From: Octopus bimaculoides
Lineage: Eukaryota
DNA length: 55,436 nucleotides
NCBI RefSeq assembly: GCF_001194135.2
Contig: NC_068982.1
Span: forward strand, 538,199-593,634
Direction of reading: 5' to 3'
In this document: one piece after another, positions 1-11,726 of the stretch
How positions within the stretch are numbered: the first letter of the stretch is position 1
Layout of the letters: each line of letters begins with the position of its first letter
The notes under the pieces: generated by a model
What the model saw: the letters and a program-made list of their open reading frames with translations, nothing else
Databases searched by the model: none
Told to the model about the DNA's origin: nothing
Translations under genes and position numbers: made by a program

Positions 1-223
1 ACACCATTTCGAGCGTGGCCGTTTTCGTGCAGGTGACACGTAAAAGCACCCACTACACTCTCTGAGTGGTTGGCGTTAGGAAGGGCATCCAGCTGTAGAA
101 ACTCTGCCAAATCAGACTGGAGCCTGGTGTTGCCATCCGGTTTCACCAGTCCTCAGTCAAATCGTCCAACCCATGCTAGCATGGAAAGCGGACGTTAAAC
201 GATGATGATGATGATGATGATGA
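1..223 (+). mobile_element. 3' tail of an RTE-type LINE (or an RTE-tailed SINE) ending in (GAT)n
   Basis: Ends ...catggaaagcggacgttaaac(gat)n; same tail type as the RTE at 4138-5582; near-identical copies at 19751 and 25368. Confidence 0.85.
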
Positions 224-529
224 GGTGATTATTTATTTTTACAGTAGCATTGTATGGTAGGTGTGAGAGGCCAGATCTGGCTGGTTTGAACATAAAATAT
301 TTTTGTTAGTATGAGTATTTGATGAGAGTTTGCTGAAGTTTTGAGCTGTCCAAATGGAAGAACTCTGTGGAAGGGTAGAATTGGAATCTAAAAAGGGATG
401 AAGGGACGACATCGTGTTGTGTGAGAGGGCCAACTGATGCCAGCAAAATCTTATCCTTTGTCATATTGAATGGGGTCATAAAATACATCCAGTCATTAAG
501 AATGAAATGTCCGATTTTCTTATGCACCA

Positions 530-1720
530 AGTTTGACAGTTGTTAACTCCAATGTTTTATCCTGACAATTCTTTGTTTTACAACATTGAAGAGTTACACC
601 AATACTTTTCGAAGTGAAATTCATGGTGTCTGATTATATTGTGAGTTTTCTCTTGTAAATCAATTTTTATGAAGCCATGGATAGATAAAAAATTTGTGTT
701 GTTTATGAATATGAGTTCTGTCGTGGAACCACTGCATCCCAGACAACTCGAAACATCAATGAAGTGTTTGGTGAAGATGTGGCGAATGAGCGCACTGTAC
801 GTTGATGGTTTCAGAAGTTCTGGTCTGGTGACTTTACTCTTGAAAATCAGCCCCATGGTAGACCTGAGACGAAGGTGGAAAACATCTGAAACTACGTGTG
901 AGTTAGCAGCAAGGTTTGATGCTTCGATTCCAGCTCCATTGGACCATCTGAAAGTAATCAGCAAAGAAGCTGGACAAGTGGATGACACAGGAATTGAACG
1001 GGCATCAAATGACACAGCATCTTGAAACTTGATGTTCTTTGCTGTCACGGCATAAAAGCAAACCATTTTTGCATCATATAGTTACATGTGATGAAAAATG
1101 GATTCTTTTCAACAATAGCAAGCATTCTATACAGCGGTTGGATAGAGATGAAGTGTCAAAACACAATCCAAAAAAGAATATTTGCCAAAAAAAGTTAATG
1201 GTGTCTGTTTGGTGGTCCAGCGCTGGTGTCATCCACTACAGCTTCATGAGACCTGGTGAGTCCATTACTGCTGATGTATACATCAACCAACTGGATAAAA
1301 CAATGAGTGAACTTGCAATGAAACAACCAAGATTGGTCATTAGAGACAGGCCAATTCTCTTGCAAGACAATGCTTGACCACATGTTGCACAAAGAACACT
1401 ACTCCAGTTACAGGAACTGAACTTGGAAATACTCTGTCATCCACCATATTCACCAACTGACTATCATGTTTTCTAGGCATTAGACAATTTTTTTGTAAGG
1501 AAAAAACTTCAAATCTGAAAAAGATGCAAAAACAGCCTTTCGTCATTTCATCACCTCTTGCTCTCCCGAATTCTTCACTGCCAACATAAATAAGCTACCA
1601 ATAAAATGGCAAAATTGCGTTGATAATTTAGGTGCATACTTTGATTAACTGCATTGTTTTTTTGTTGAGATAAAGTAAAATAAACTTTCAGTTCAAAATT
1701 GGACCTTCTATTTTGATATA
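530..1720 (+). mobile_element. Degenerate mariner (DD34D) transposon
   Basis: Transposase remnants FRSSGL..LEN, IVTCDEKWI, LMVSVWW, LLQDNA*PH, HPPYSPTDYH with stops and frameshifts. Confidence 0.9.
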
Positions 1721-1782
1721 GTAAAATCTGAAGTGATCAATATTGTGAGAGGTTTTCTAATTCCTTATTTTGTTTATTTCAG

Positions 1783-1823
1783 GTGATGAACCAGCTGCAA
1801 AGGTCACTAAAACTGAAGCCTAA
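1783..1823 (+). CDS. Candidate terminal exon of an unidentified upstream gene ((G)DEPAAKVTKTEA*)
   Basis: Strong acceptor TTCCTTATTTTGTTTATTTCAG|GT followed by a short frame ending in TAA and AT-rich UTR-like sequence. The alternative frame VMNQLQRSLKLKPN* is also open. Protein not recognised. Confidence 0.4.
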
Positions 1824-1929
1824 TTAGAAATGAAACACTTCTTATATTTTATAAATCTTTTATTAAGCTCTCTTGAAGACCTACACACACACACACACAC
1901 ACACACAAACTCTCTCTTTCTCTAATCGT

Positions 1930-3400
1930 GCATAAAAACTCATTAAATGATTGCGACCATCAAGCTGTATGAATTTTGTCCACCACCACAAAATGTCTTT
2001 GCAATTCAGCTTTTTTATGGAAGCCAAGTATTTTCTGTGCCGGTTTTTCTTCAGAAATGATGTGTTCTGGCAATCTGGAGATTCTGTGGAACATTGTTGA
2101 TATTTTATTTGCTCCTAAAGATATTCCAGAAGCAATTTATCTTGCTGAAAGCAATGCTAACAGGGGTTTTGTGGCTCAAGAGAGCAATGGGGAAGTCATT
2201 TTACACATTGTAAATAAATTCATTGAAGCATATTTTTTTCTCTCTCCATATTCAAAAAAAGCCAAAATGTATTCCAAGGCTCTGGATGCAGAATGAGCCT
2301 TGGTAGATTTATTTCAATTCTCTGCTTACTCTTTCACATAACTCTTGTTGTTGACACCCACACTCTGCATTCTGTGTATTTGTATTGACTGTAAATAGGA
2401 GTAAATGGCAGGGGGTCTTCCCCGCAAACTTATTAGCTCTGTACAATTCTCATTCTTGTTAATGGTCTCTTTTGCCAGAGTTTTAAGGTAGTTACTGAAA
2501 GCACTGTTAATCCACAAAGGCAAAGGAAACCAAGGCAACTATTTATCCATATGAAGACTGAAAGTTCCTTCATTTTTGCAAAGTTATCTGGTAAAGAAGG
2601 GGAAAAAAAATACAATACATTGGATTAATTAAGACCATTGTAGTTTTTAATTCAAAACTTGCTATAATCATTGTTCTTTTCCTTATCAACGTGTATTACT
2701 TTGTTTACCTTAGTTTGCTTTGAGATTGGGGCATTCTAAATTTAGTAAAAGCACAACAATCTCAATTATCCAGGGTGACTATTTTTCTGATCTGATTACT
2801 TACTGACATTAACAATATTACTTCACTGAAAGTGTGCAGAGTGACAATTGCATTCAATTTATTGGATGACAAAATCTGTCATCTTCCTGCACTTGACAAT
2901 ATATCAGTGTGCTTGATCTGTGATTTCTTCAGATTATTCCATCAGTTATATTGAAAAGACAGTGGGTTTGTTAGTCTTCCACCTGTCTTGTTTCCATGGC
3001 TGGGATGGTTTTTGCAAGTTTCCTGGAGAAGCTGAAAGCTGCTATAAACTGTAGCATTGTCTGCTTACTGTAAGAAACATTCACAAAAACCAAGTTAATC
3101 TCTTCGTTTCCCTGCTTTGTACTGAATTGATTTTATCAGGGAATGAACCCTACCCACCTGACTCACTTTTGAGAGTTGAAAGAATTGCTTACTGTGACAG
3201 TGTTTTGTCCCACATGGCCGAACATCAACCCTGGTTCCAATGCATGTCTCTCTTGTACCATTGTTACACCAACGGAATCGATGCTGTACACCTTGCCCAC
3301 ATTCATTACTGCAGGGTCTCCATGGATACCAAGAGGTCCAACCAACTTTTCCTTGTTAAAAAAAAAAAAAGAAAACTAAATGAGGCAAACTCTGTGAATA
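1930..3400 (-). mobile_element. Highly decayed RTE-like LINE remnant
   Basis: Minus-strand fragments resembling RTE motifs (VGPLGIHGDP similar to the GxDGIP region; NKSTKAHSASRAL similar to RIAKASxAFGRL; HRISRLPEH similar to GHxxRMP). Many stops. Confidence 0.4.
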
Positions 3401-3547
3401 GATTATTCTCATTTTAAAATCTGATATGTTTTCTAATCCTGATTTGAAATAAGCTGATGAAAATCGAGTTATAAAACTGATAATTAAAAAGTTTTACATG
3501 GATCTGGGTACTGGTGTCGTGTAAACGTACCTGTGCAGGTGTTGCAT

Positions 3548-4137
3548 NNNNNNNNNNNNNNNNNNNNNNNNNNNNNNNNNNNNNNNNNNNNNNNNNNNNN
3601 NNNNNNNNNNNNNNNNNNNNNNNNNNNNNNNNNNNNNNNNNNNNNNNNNNNNNNNNNNNNNNNNNNNNNNNNNNNNNNNNNNNNNNNNNNNNNNNNNNNN
3701 NNNNNNNNNNNNNNNNNNNNNNNNNNNNNNNNNNNNNNNNNNNNNNNNNNNNNNNNNNNNNNNNNNNNNNNNNNNNNNNNNNNNNNNNNNNNNNNNNNNN
3801 NNNNNNNNNNNNNNNNNNNNNNNNNNNNNNNNNNNNNNNNNNNNNNNNNNNNNNNNNNNNNNNNNNNNNNNNNNNNNNNNNNNNNNNNNNNNNNNNNNNN
3901 NNNNNNNNNNNNNNNNNNNNNNNNNNNNNNNNNNNNNNNNNNNNNNNNNNNNNNNNNNNNNNNNNNNNNNNNNNNNNNNNNNNNNNNNNNNNNNNNNNNN
4001 NNNNNNNNNNNNNNNNNNNNNNNNNNNNNNNNNNNNNNNNNNNNNNNNNNNNNNNNNNNNNNNNNNNNNNNNNNNNNNNNNNNNNNNNNNNNNNNNNNNN
4101 NNNNNNNNNNNNNNNNNNNNNNNNNNNNNNNNNNNNN
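3548..4137. other. Assembly gap; other gaps at 20042-20616, 28970-29339, 30575-30653, 44913-44922, 46666-46694 and 50999-51598
   Basis: Runs of N; poly-X ORFs spanning them are artefacts. Confidence 1.
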
Positions 4138-5582
4138 GGGGCTGTCTAATGTAGATCCAACAGAAGGAGCAGCAATCCAAGTAGACAGTAGCTTTGTAGA
4201 TAAAGCCATGAAGGATAATGAAGATGGGGAAAGCCCTGGCCCATCAGGAATCGCCACTGAGATGCTTAAAATACCTGGCGCTGTGGGTTAAGGTCTTGTC
4301 ACCCGTATGGTTAATGAGGTTGTACACAAAGGAGTCCTACTCAATGACTGGTGTAGCAGTACCATTAGTCAGCTGCTACAAAGGCAAAGGTGGCGTCTTA
4401 GAAATAATTACAGAGATATCAAACTGTTGGATCAGGTGATGAAAGTTACAGAAAGGGCCATAGTCCAACTAATTAGGAAGAAAATTAGTCTAGATGAGAT
4501 GCAGTTTGGTTTTGTGTCACGGGGGAACACCACTGGTGCTATATTCCTGGTAAGACAGCAACAGGAGAAGTACCTAGCCCAAAACGAACCTCTGCTCTTG
4601 GCTTTCGTTGATGTGGAGAAAGCCTTCGGTAGAATCCTCCTTTCTTATCTGGTGGTCATTACGGGAGCTAAGTATAGGCAAGCGGCTGATGAGAGCTGCA
4701 CGAGCCACGTACTGAGACGCTGTCAGTAAGGTGAGGGTTGGCAACGGGTATGGAGATGGATTCAGAGTACAAGAGGGAGTTCTCCTCCCCCTTTTCATCA
4801 TAGTCCTCCAGGCAATAACAGAAATTTAAGTCAGGCTACCCCTGGCAGTTTCTCTACACTGACGGTCTTTTCTTTAGTTGAATCACTACCAGGAGTGGAA
4901 GCAAGGTTTGGAACCAAAGAGCCTTAGAGTTAATTTAGTAAATAAGAAAGTAGACAAATCACAAATCCCTTCAGGTAGATGGCCCTGCTTCGTAGGTAGA
5001 AACTCCATAAGATGTACCCAGTGTAAGCTATGGACACATAAGAGGTGCAGCAATATCAGAGGAAGCATAACGGGGAAAATAGTCTTTCTGTGGGGCAGAT
5101 GCACAGGTACAATAAACACTAGTAATGTACAGAAAATATTCTCCATCAAATGTCAGGGATGATACCTAGAAACAGTTGATAGCTTTTGTTATCTGGGTGA
5201 CCAAGTCAGCAGTGAGGGCTGATGCTCCGATAGCATAGCTGTTCGAAGAAGAATAGGCTGGACAAAGTTCAGAGAGCTACCTTTGAAGCAAGAAAGGGTT
5301 TCTCCCTCTCAATGTGAAAAACAGACTGTGATGCCTGTGCACAAACATCCATGCTACACGGTCGTGGACTGCAAAGGCTTGAAAGAAAGGAAGTTTGTAT
5401 ATTTCGCTGGATGTGCAATGTCTGTGTCCATGTGCGACAGTGAGCGTCTTGAAGGGCATCCAGCCATAGAAACCACGCCGAAACAGACAATTGGAGCCTG
5501 ATGCAGCACTCCAGCTTCGCAGCTACTGTTAAACGTGGACCGTTTAACGTCCATGGAAAACGGACATTAAATGATGATGAAT
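4138..5582 (+). mobile_element. RTE-clade LINE, 3' portion of the RT ORF, decayed
   Basis: SPGPSGIATEMLK, DEMQFGFVSRGNTTGAIFLVRQQQEKY, AFVDVEKAF, the cysteine-rich RCTQCKLWTHKRCS insert, and a terminal (GAT)n tail. Confidence 0.9.
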
Positions 5583-6591
5583 ATGTTCTATAATCAACCT
5601 AAACAATAAGGAAACCAATAACAAGATTATGTAGGTACTGATACTACCAGATAATAGGATTCCCTTGGTGTTTTATGCAATTGTAAACAAAAGCATGAAA
5701 CGTGGAGTTGCAAATATGAAACAATTTCAACATTGATTTCTTTAGCTCAAATTCGTAAAAAATGATTATCATTAGACATTCCAGATTTTGTAAGTGAAAC
5801 TAAATATGTTTCAACCGGGAATTGAAACCGGATCGCAAACTCCATGTTTTCGACGACTACTTCTTTTCACAATGGTACAAACAACGTGCCTGTTTCTGCA
5901 CTGATTCGTGGGGAATGTAAAAGTCCCAACTGAAAATTTCAGCCATTTCTTCCCTTGTTATTCCAACATTCATCTTAGCGAGAGTCTATTAATAGTATAA
6001 TCTCGTTTGAACCGAAGTCATCAAATGTTGCCCTTCATTAGACCTTTATTAGACCTTCATTAGACCTTTATTGCCCATCTTGAAACACCAATCGCATTCT
6101 CGGATACAAATGAATCCTTGTTTTCGTCATAAACCCTACTCTGCAAGTTTCATTCAGAAGGGAATAAAATTAGTGATCAAACTTTTAAAAAATGTGAATT
6201 CATCTCTTTTATCTGCATTACACAATAAAATAGTTTGGCGACAAGGGAGAACGACCCGCCCCCGAGTGGCGTTTATGAAGGTGGCACTTTTGGGGCGAAA
6301 GGGCAAACTCAAGGGCGCACACACACACTAGCTAAGTCATGGGGCATTACATTGAACTGACGGTGTTTTCCAATGCTTCCACGACAACTGTTCCTGGCTG
6401 GGTAAGAATGTTAGCTGTAGGTACCAACTCATATTTAATGAGCAATTTTCAGCATATCAGAAATATGTTTCGAATTTAATACGATTAATTCATATTCGCC
6501 ATTTAAAACAATAAGATATATTCACTTGTTTTGTATTTTACGATGTAGTTAGTACATCATTCAACGTTCTTTCAATATCTTGAAACATTTA

Positions 6592-6800
6592 AAGGCGGCG
6601 AACTGGCAGGATCGTTAGCACACCGGCCAAAATGCTTGGTGCCATGTCGTCCGTGTTCAAATTCCGCCGAGGTCGACTTTACCTTTCATTCTTTCGAGGT
6701 CGTTAAAATAATAAGTACCAGTTGAGTACTGGGGTCGATGTAATCGACAACCCCCACCTGTCCGGAATTGCTGGCCTTGTGCCAATATTTGAAGCCAAAA
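6592..6800 (+). mobile_element. tRNA-derived SINE, family A
   Basis: ggcggcgaactggcaggatcgttag head, B-box gttcaaattcc, body aagtaccagttgagtactggggtcgat. Confidence 0.85.
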
Positions 6801-9070
6801 TCTAAGTCTATGTTTTGATTGGATGCTTTTAGCCCCAGCAATAGCCTGATTATTTCCAGCTCTTTGAGATCCTACTCAAGAAGGTTCGTCGCTTCTAGCT
6901 TGTTGCCCACCTCACGTCTAAATTAACATAATGCGAATTGGTAACAGATAAAAGATTCATTACTTCATACAAACATAGTTTAAGTATCTTAAATGTTTAT
7001 CTTTGCGAAGTGGATACAAGTTTTACAATTATAAGTATCCAATGCACATTTACTATGCATATGTGCACGCAGCTAGTCAAGGGCTTATTGTGTGTAATAA
7101 TTCTCCTAGAAAATTAGCGCTTCTGATGGCTTCTATGGCCATCGTATATGGAAGCGTTCAAGTTTCCAGATCGGGATTGTAGGTTGTGAGACTAAAAATA
7201 CTTTGTTTCATATCTTGGTCAGAGTTCACGCTTCATCGGTTCCGAATCTTCCTTTTATCACTCCAGTGTTGTTTAATTTGTAGCGAGTAATAGGATTCGA
7301 AAGGCTTTTTCTAAATTATCAGTTTGCTATTATGAACGAACCACGTGTTTTATTTATTAACCAACCGACTTCCAGGAGATCAAGTCACAAAGTTTGAATA
7401 AAGTGAAAATCCTTGAGATTCGCGTCCTTTTCTCTAGTTAAGGAGTTCGGCATTAAAAATTTTCGCCGAAGGATTCACACTCCTCTCCTTTTGCCAAGCA
7501 GGCCAGGGTAATCGCAGAGGGTGAGAAACTTAACGGAGAGCCACGCATGATGTTATGAAAAGCACCACTTGTCACACAATCTAAAGACAGAGCTTCAGCA
7601 ATATTCGGCGAACTCATATTTCTTTTGTCTTTTACCCCAAGATAACTAATGGTTGAGCAAACACAAAGATACCTCATTTTACTTCTGGTCACAAGCAAGC
7701 CAGAAATGTGAATAGATTCAGATAAACTCACATCTCAATTTCTACCCAAGACCAATTCGCTCTCGTCTCTAGAGTAAGCCATTAATATCTGCAGAATTCA
7801 GACATGAAAGTCTCTCTCTCTCTCTAGTGAGCATTTGAAAGTTCACATCTATAAATGTTTAGCCTTCCCTTAAATAAATTTATTGTTAAATGTTCACGAG
7901 TTTTGCTCTTGTTATATACGCAGCCAGCTTAATCCATAATAATTTAATATTCGTTGCGACATTGGCGAAAAACATGACAACGCTAACTCGCGACGAACTT
8001 CTGATCAAAGACGATCGATGACAAGGTCCCTTGAATTTTGGAAGTCCATCGCGTATCAACAACGATCAATTTAATCGATTCTACCTGTCTTCGAAACTGT
8101 TGTGGTCTTGCGCTATGTTGAGAAATCATAGAAATACATTGAAACCACAGAAAGACAATGAATAAAGCAAGAAAAAGAATAATATGGAAGGACTTACGTT
8201 CTTCGAAGGCTTGAGATTGGATTATGAAGTTTGCTGTTACAAACAAGACATCACAAGGAAAGACACCAAACACCATTTTGCTAGTTTGGAATGTTCAGAA
8301 AGAGTAAAAGTAAATAAACGAGCTGAGGCTGTGTAAGTCAGCCAAAAGATATGTTATTGAATAATCAGAAGTAACACACGCGCGCGCGTGCACACACACA
8401 ACAAGAAGTGACTTAAATTGTATACATCCGTCAGTTAATCTGAGAGGAGAGAAATGCCTTCCAAAAATGGTTGCAAAGTCGCATTTGACACCAACCGTTG
8501 GTAATTTGAGGGGTAAATTCTAAAATAATTATCCGAAATTACAACTCTGTCGTAGAAATAAATGTTATATCGAATGTCACTGTTACGTTAGTTGAGGATT
8601 CAGACGTCGACTAACATTTTTGCGTGAGAATAGGTAAGAGAGAGTGTATAGGTCGGGGGGAGAGAGAGAGTGTATAGGTCGGGGGGAGAGAGAGAGAGCG
8701 ACTTTTTCAGTTGTTTCTTTTTTTTCTATCACAACATCAACAGTAATTTATGTCAATGAAAGAACTCGTCCTGCTTGAAATAACAACCAAATATCCCTCA
8801 AATTAGCACTACCGCTTTAAAAATGGGTACTTGTTTTGGATTCTCTGCGCTTTCGCAAAATATGGGATGGTCTCGGCTAAATCTAAACAACAATATAGCT
8901 TTTTTGGGGTTCTTTTTTCAAAATGATTGTAAAGTGCATCAAATGAGGTCAAGCTATTGTTGTGTGAACAGACAAAGCAAATGAGTTTTTTTGTCTAAAA
9001 CTTCTTCAATAAATCTGTATCGTGCCCCAGCATGGGCGCATCGAGCGACTGGTATTGGTAAAAGAATAGA

Positions 9071-9103
<33 letters not shown>

Positions 9104-9208
9104 CATAAGCAACTGAAGTTTCTTGAATTGTTACTCTGCGTTTAACGTTGCCGATTGTTCAAACGATTGAAGAATGGAAGGAGTATTTCAATATATCGTC
9201 TATCTTGT

Positions 9209-9552
9209 ACTTGTTTCAGTCATGAGACCGCGGCCGTGCTGGAGCACCGCCTTGAAGAATTTTTTTTCTTTTGTCGAAAAAATCGACCTCGATTCTTATT
9301 TTGTTTCTAAGCCTGGTACTTACTAGCGGCATATATTCCGGGGGTGCTAGGTGTGCCTTGCATACCCAACGAAAATGGCAAATTCATTATAAATATCAAC
9401 CTTACTCATTGAGTGGGGCAGCACACCCAATACGACAACCACCATACGACACTGGTACTTTCTCTATCGGTCTCTTTTTTGTCGAATGCTTGTTACGGGG
9501 ACGTAAACAAACCAACATCGACTGTCAATCGGTGGTGGTAGACAAACACACA
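9209..9552 (-). mobile_element. tRNA-derived SINE, family B, 3' part, interrupted by a MITE
   Basis: Reverse complement of the family B tail (gcggtgctccagcacggccgcggtctcatgactgaaacaag). Confidence 0.75.
9324..9454. mobile_element. 131-bp hAT-like MITE nested in a SINE
   Basis: Imperfect TIRs (tagcggcatat / reverse complement cagtgtcgtat) and an 8-bp near-TSD gtacttac / gtactttc. Confidence 0.5.
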
Positions 9553-9956
9553 CACGATGAGCTTAAACAACGTTGCAATATAAAGACACAGAAACATCCA
9601 ATTTTTACAGAGAGGCACCCAAATTTTGTGCCTTCTTCAATTTATTTCTATGTATGAGTCAGTCCTAAACGCTTGATGACAGCTTAAGCTGCCTTGCTTC
9701 TACTTCCCATCTGCTATTGAACTTGCTTCGTCAGACTTTCTTAACGCTGCTTGCTATATTCTTCTGGCATTTCCCATAAAGTACACAGACTATGCTTTCT
9801 ACCCTTCAGGTATTTTCTCCTCATTCCTCAACACTACCCCGCTTGGGCCATGGTCTACATAGAAGAGCTTGTATACAGAGTTTGTATTCAGCAGGGCAGC
9901 TATTCACGACATCGATGAACGTCTGGTAACGGAGTGGTTACCAGAATGTAACGGTT

Positions 9957-10067
9957 GCTGTCTATGCTGAAAGCAAAGATGATGATGTTGATTCCATGAA
10001 AGAAAGACAGTGGCCGAAGTTGTGGTTGATATATATTTATTTCTCCGTTGCATATAATTAAAGCCAA
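9957..10067 (-). pseudogene. Decayed Rho-family GTPase-like fragment
   Basis: LALIICNGEINIYQPQLRPLSFFHGINIIIFAFSIDS aligns by eye with RhoA [34 protein letters not shown]. The DTAGQ motif is lost and flanking frames have stops. Confidence 0.5.
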
Positions 10068-10274
10068 ACCACGACGGGCTGGTGTGTATAAAAACAGACA
10101 GAAAGCATACAAAGTAACGACAGTTATATTCTTCTGTATGAATGTCGTTATTTTCGTGTTTAACTACTTGATGCTAAAATAGGAATCAGAGGAAGATAGA
10201 GTGAATGTAAGTTTAACAAGTGGATAGCGTGAGACTTGCATTCTTGGATCATTTAAGCAGCAGATGGTGAGAGG

Positions 10275-10318
<44 letters not shown>

Positions 10319-10589
10319 TGTTGAAACAAAAGTAAGTTAGTGAGAAGGGCTTAGAGAGTGGTGGACAAGACAGCTGCATCGCTGGGTGATTCCGTAGCTG
10401 TCCTTCTTTGATGTTTCTTCAGTCGAGACAGTCAGCCCACTCCCTGTTGGTCACACTCACTAACTGATTTTCCTTTGGAGAATGCTGGTATTTATAACTA
10501 TGCAGACTAGTTAGAAAGATGGATATACCATTCTGACAATGGCTAAATTAATGTAGGTCACTCCTTATCTATTTCAACTTTTCATGGTG

Positions 10590-11073
10590 TGGCAGTTTGT
10601 CGCTACCACCACCTTAACGTTGTCTGTTGTTCTCACGTTGGGTTCACTCCATGGTTGTTGGTTGAAGATGACAATGTCGGCGAAGGTAGTTGTTGACAGC
10701 AGTGCATGGCAGACAGACGTCGCCAACTGTGTTCATTAGTTGTGTGGTGATATAAAACAAGTCGCTCTTGTTCAGTAGTAAAGCTTTATTCACAGCAGTA
10801 TGGGTTAAATACAATGTTAATGTTTTACAGAGATGTCTGAGGTGTGGTAGCGGTGAATGAATGTGTGAAGACGTTAGTTGTGCTTTGTGTATATAGAAAG
10901 AGACTTGATCGAAGTGTTTCTAGTTAGCATGGAGAGATAACGGCATTGAATTTGGTCTTTACTGCTGGCACACTTGGAAGAAGGATGTTCTTGTGTGAGA
11001 GAGCAAAGCTGCATGCTGGCAGTCCTTTAAAGAAGCAAGACAAGGAACTCGATGGACCATGGCGGCAGCTACA
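10590..11073 (-). mobile_element. LTR retrotransposon remnant: about 346-bp LTR (10728-11073) plus PBS and short leader
   Basis: Minus strand TGTAGCTG...AACACA termini, TATA-like CTATATAC, AATAAA about 60 nt before the LTR end, then TTGGCGACG (PBS-like) at 10718-10726. Confidence 0.55.
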
Positions 11074-11396
11074 TTGTATAAGTGACAATCGGACGTAGCA
11101 GAGAGCGCCTGTCAGAGGGGGCCTGTTCATTCGGCCAATCACAGGCTGAGTAGAGCTGTAAACTTACTCTTGTGATCAAAAATGCATGTCTAAACCAATA
11201 CTAATACAGACATGCTACAATGGCATAGAAAAGGGTCAGAGTCAAGTAGAAGACACACATATCAGCATTTATCCCTGACAGAACCATAAGGTGTATGGCT
11301 AGGGAGAAATTACAAATTTAGTTTTGAATCTCAGTTAGGGGCAGGTCCCACAGTCTGTTTCACTTTTCTCTTTGTGGGTGCATATATATATGTGAG

Positions 11397-11725
11397 CTGG
11401 CGTGGCTGTGTGGTAAGAAGCTTGCTTCTCAACCACATGGTTCGGGGTTCAGTCCCACTGCGTGGCACCTTGGGCAAGTGTCTTCTATTATAACCTCGGG
11501 CCGACTAAAGCCTTGTGAGTGGATTTCGTAGACGGAAATTGCATCTATTTGGTCACCTGCCATCGCTTGACAACCGATGCTTGTGTGATTATGTCCCTGT
11601 GACTTAGCAGTTTGACATAAGGGTCTGATAGAATAAGTACTAGGCTTACAAAGAATAAGTAGTGGGGTCGACTTGTCTGACTAAAAGCAGTGCTCCAGCT
11701 TGGCCACATTCAAATGACTGAAGCA
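11397..11725 (+). mobile_element. tRNA-derived SINE, family B
   Basis: ggcgtggctgtgtggtaagaagcttgc head, B-box ggttcagtcc, core gcaccttgggcaagtgtctt, tail tgactgaag. Confidence 0.88.
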
Positions 11726-11726
11726 G

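Noticed and set aside
137-157. CTGAGGA-CTGGT-GAAAC in the young RTE tails (minus strand here; plus strand near 19816 and 25436)
   Set aside because: It resembles a hammerhead core, but stem II cannot form and there is no NUH with matching stems I and III; treated as chance.
1976-2296. 106-aa plus-strand ORF
   Set aside because: No recognisable domain; it is better explained as the antisense of a decayed RTE-like remnant.
3484-4291. Long ORFs with poly-X (also about 19.8-20.7, 28.6-29.5 and 50.8-51.7 kb)
   Set aside because: They are artefacts of N gaps; only the MPC2 exon 1 part of 28809-29354 is real.
6592-6680. tRNA-like A and B boxes at SINE heads throughout the window
   Set aside because: They belong to tRNA-derived SINEs, with no complete cloverleaf, so they are not called tRNA genes.
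5690-8300. Several 85-100-aa ORFs in non-repeat-looking DNA
   Set aside because: No recognisable motifs or coherent splice chain; probably old TE decay.
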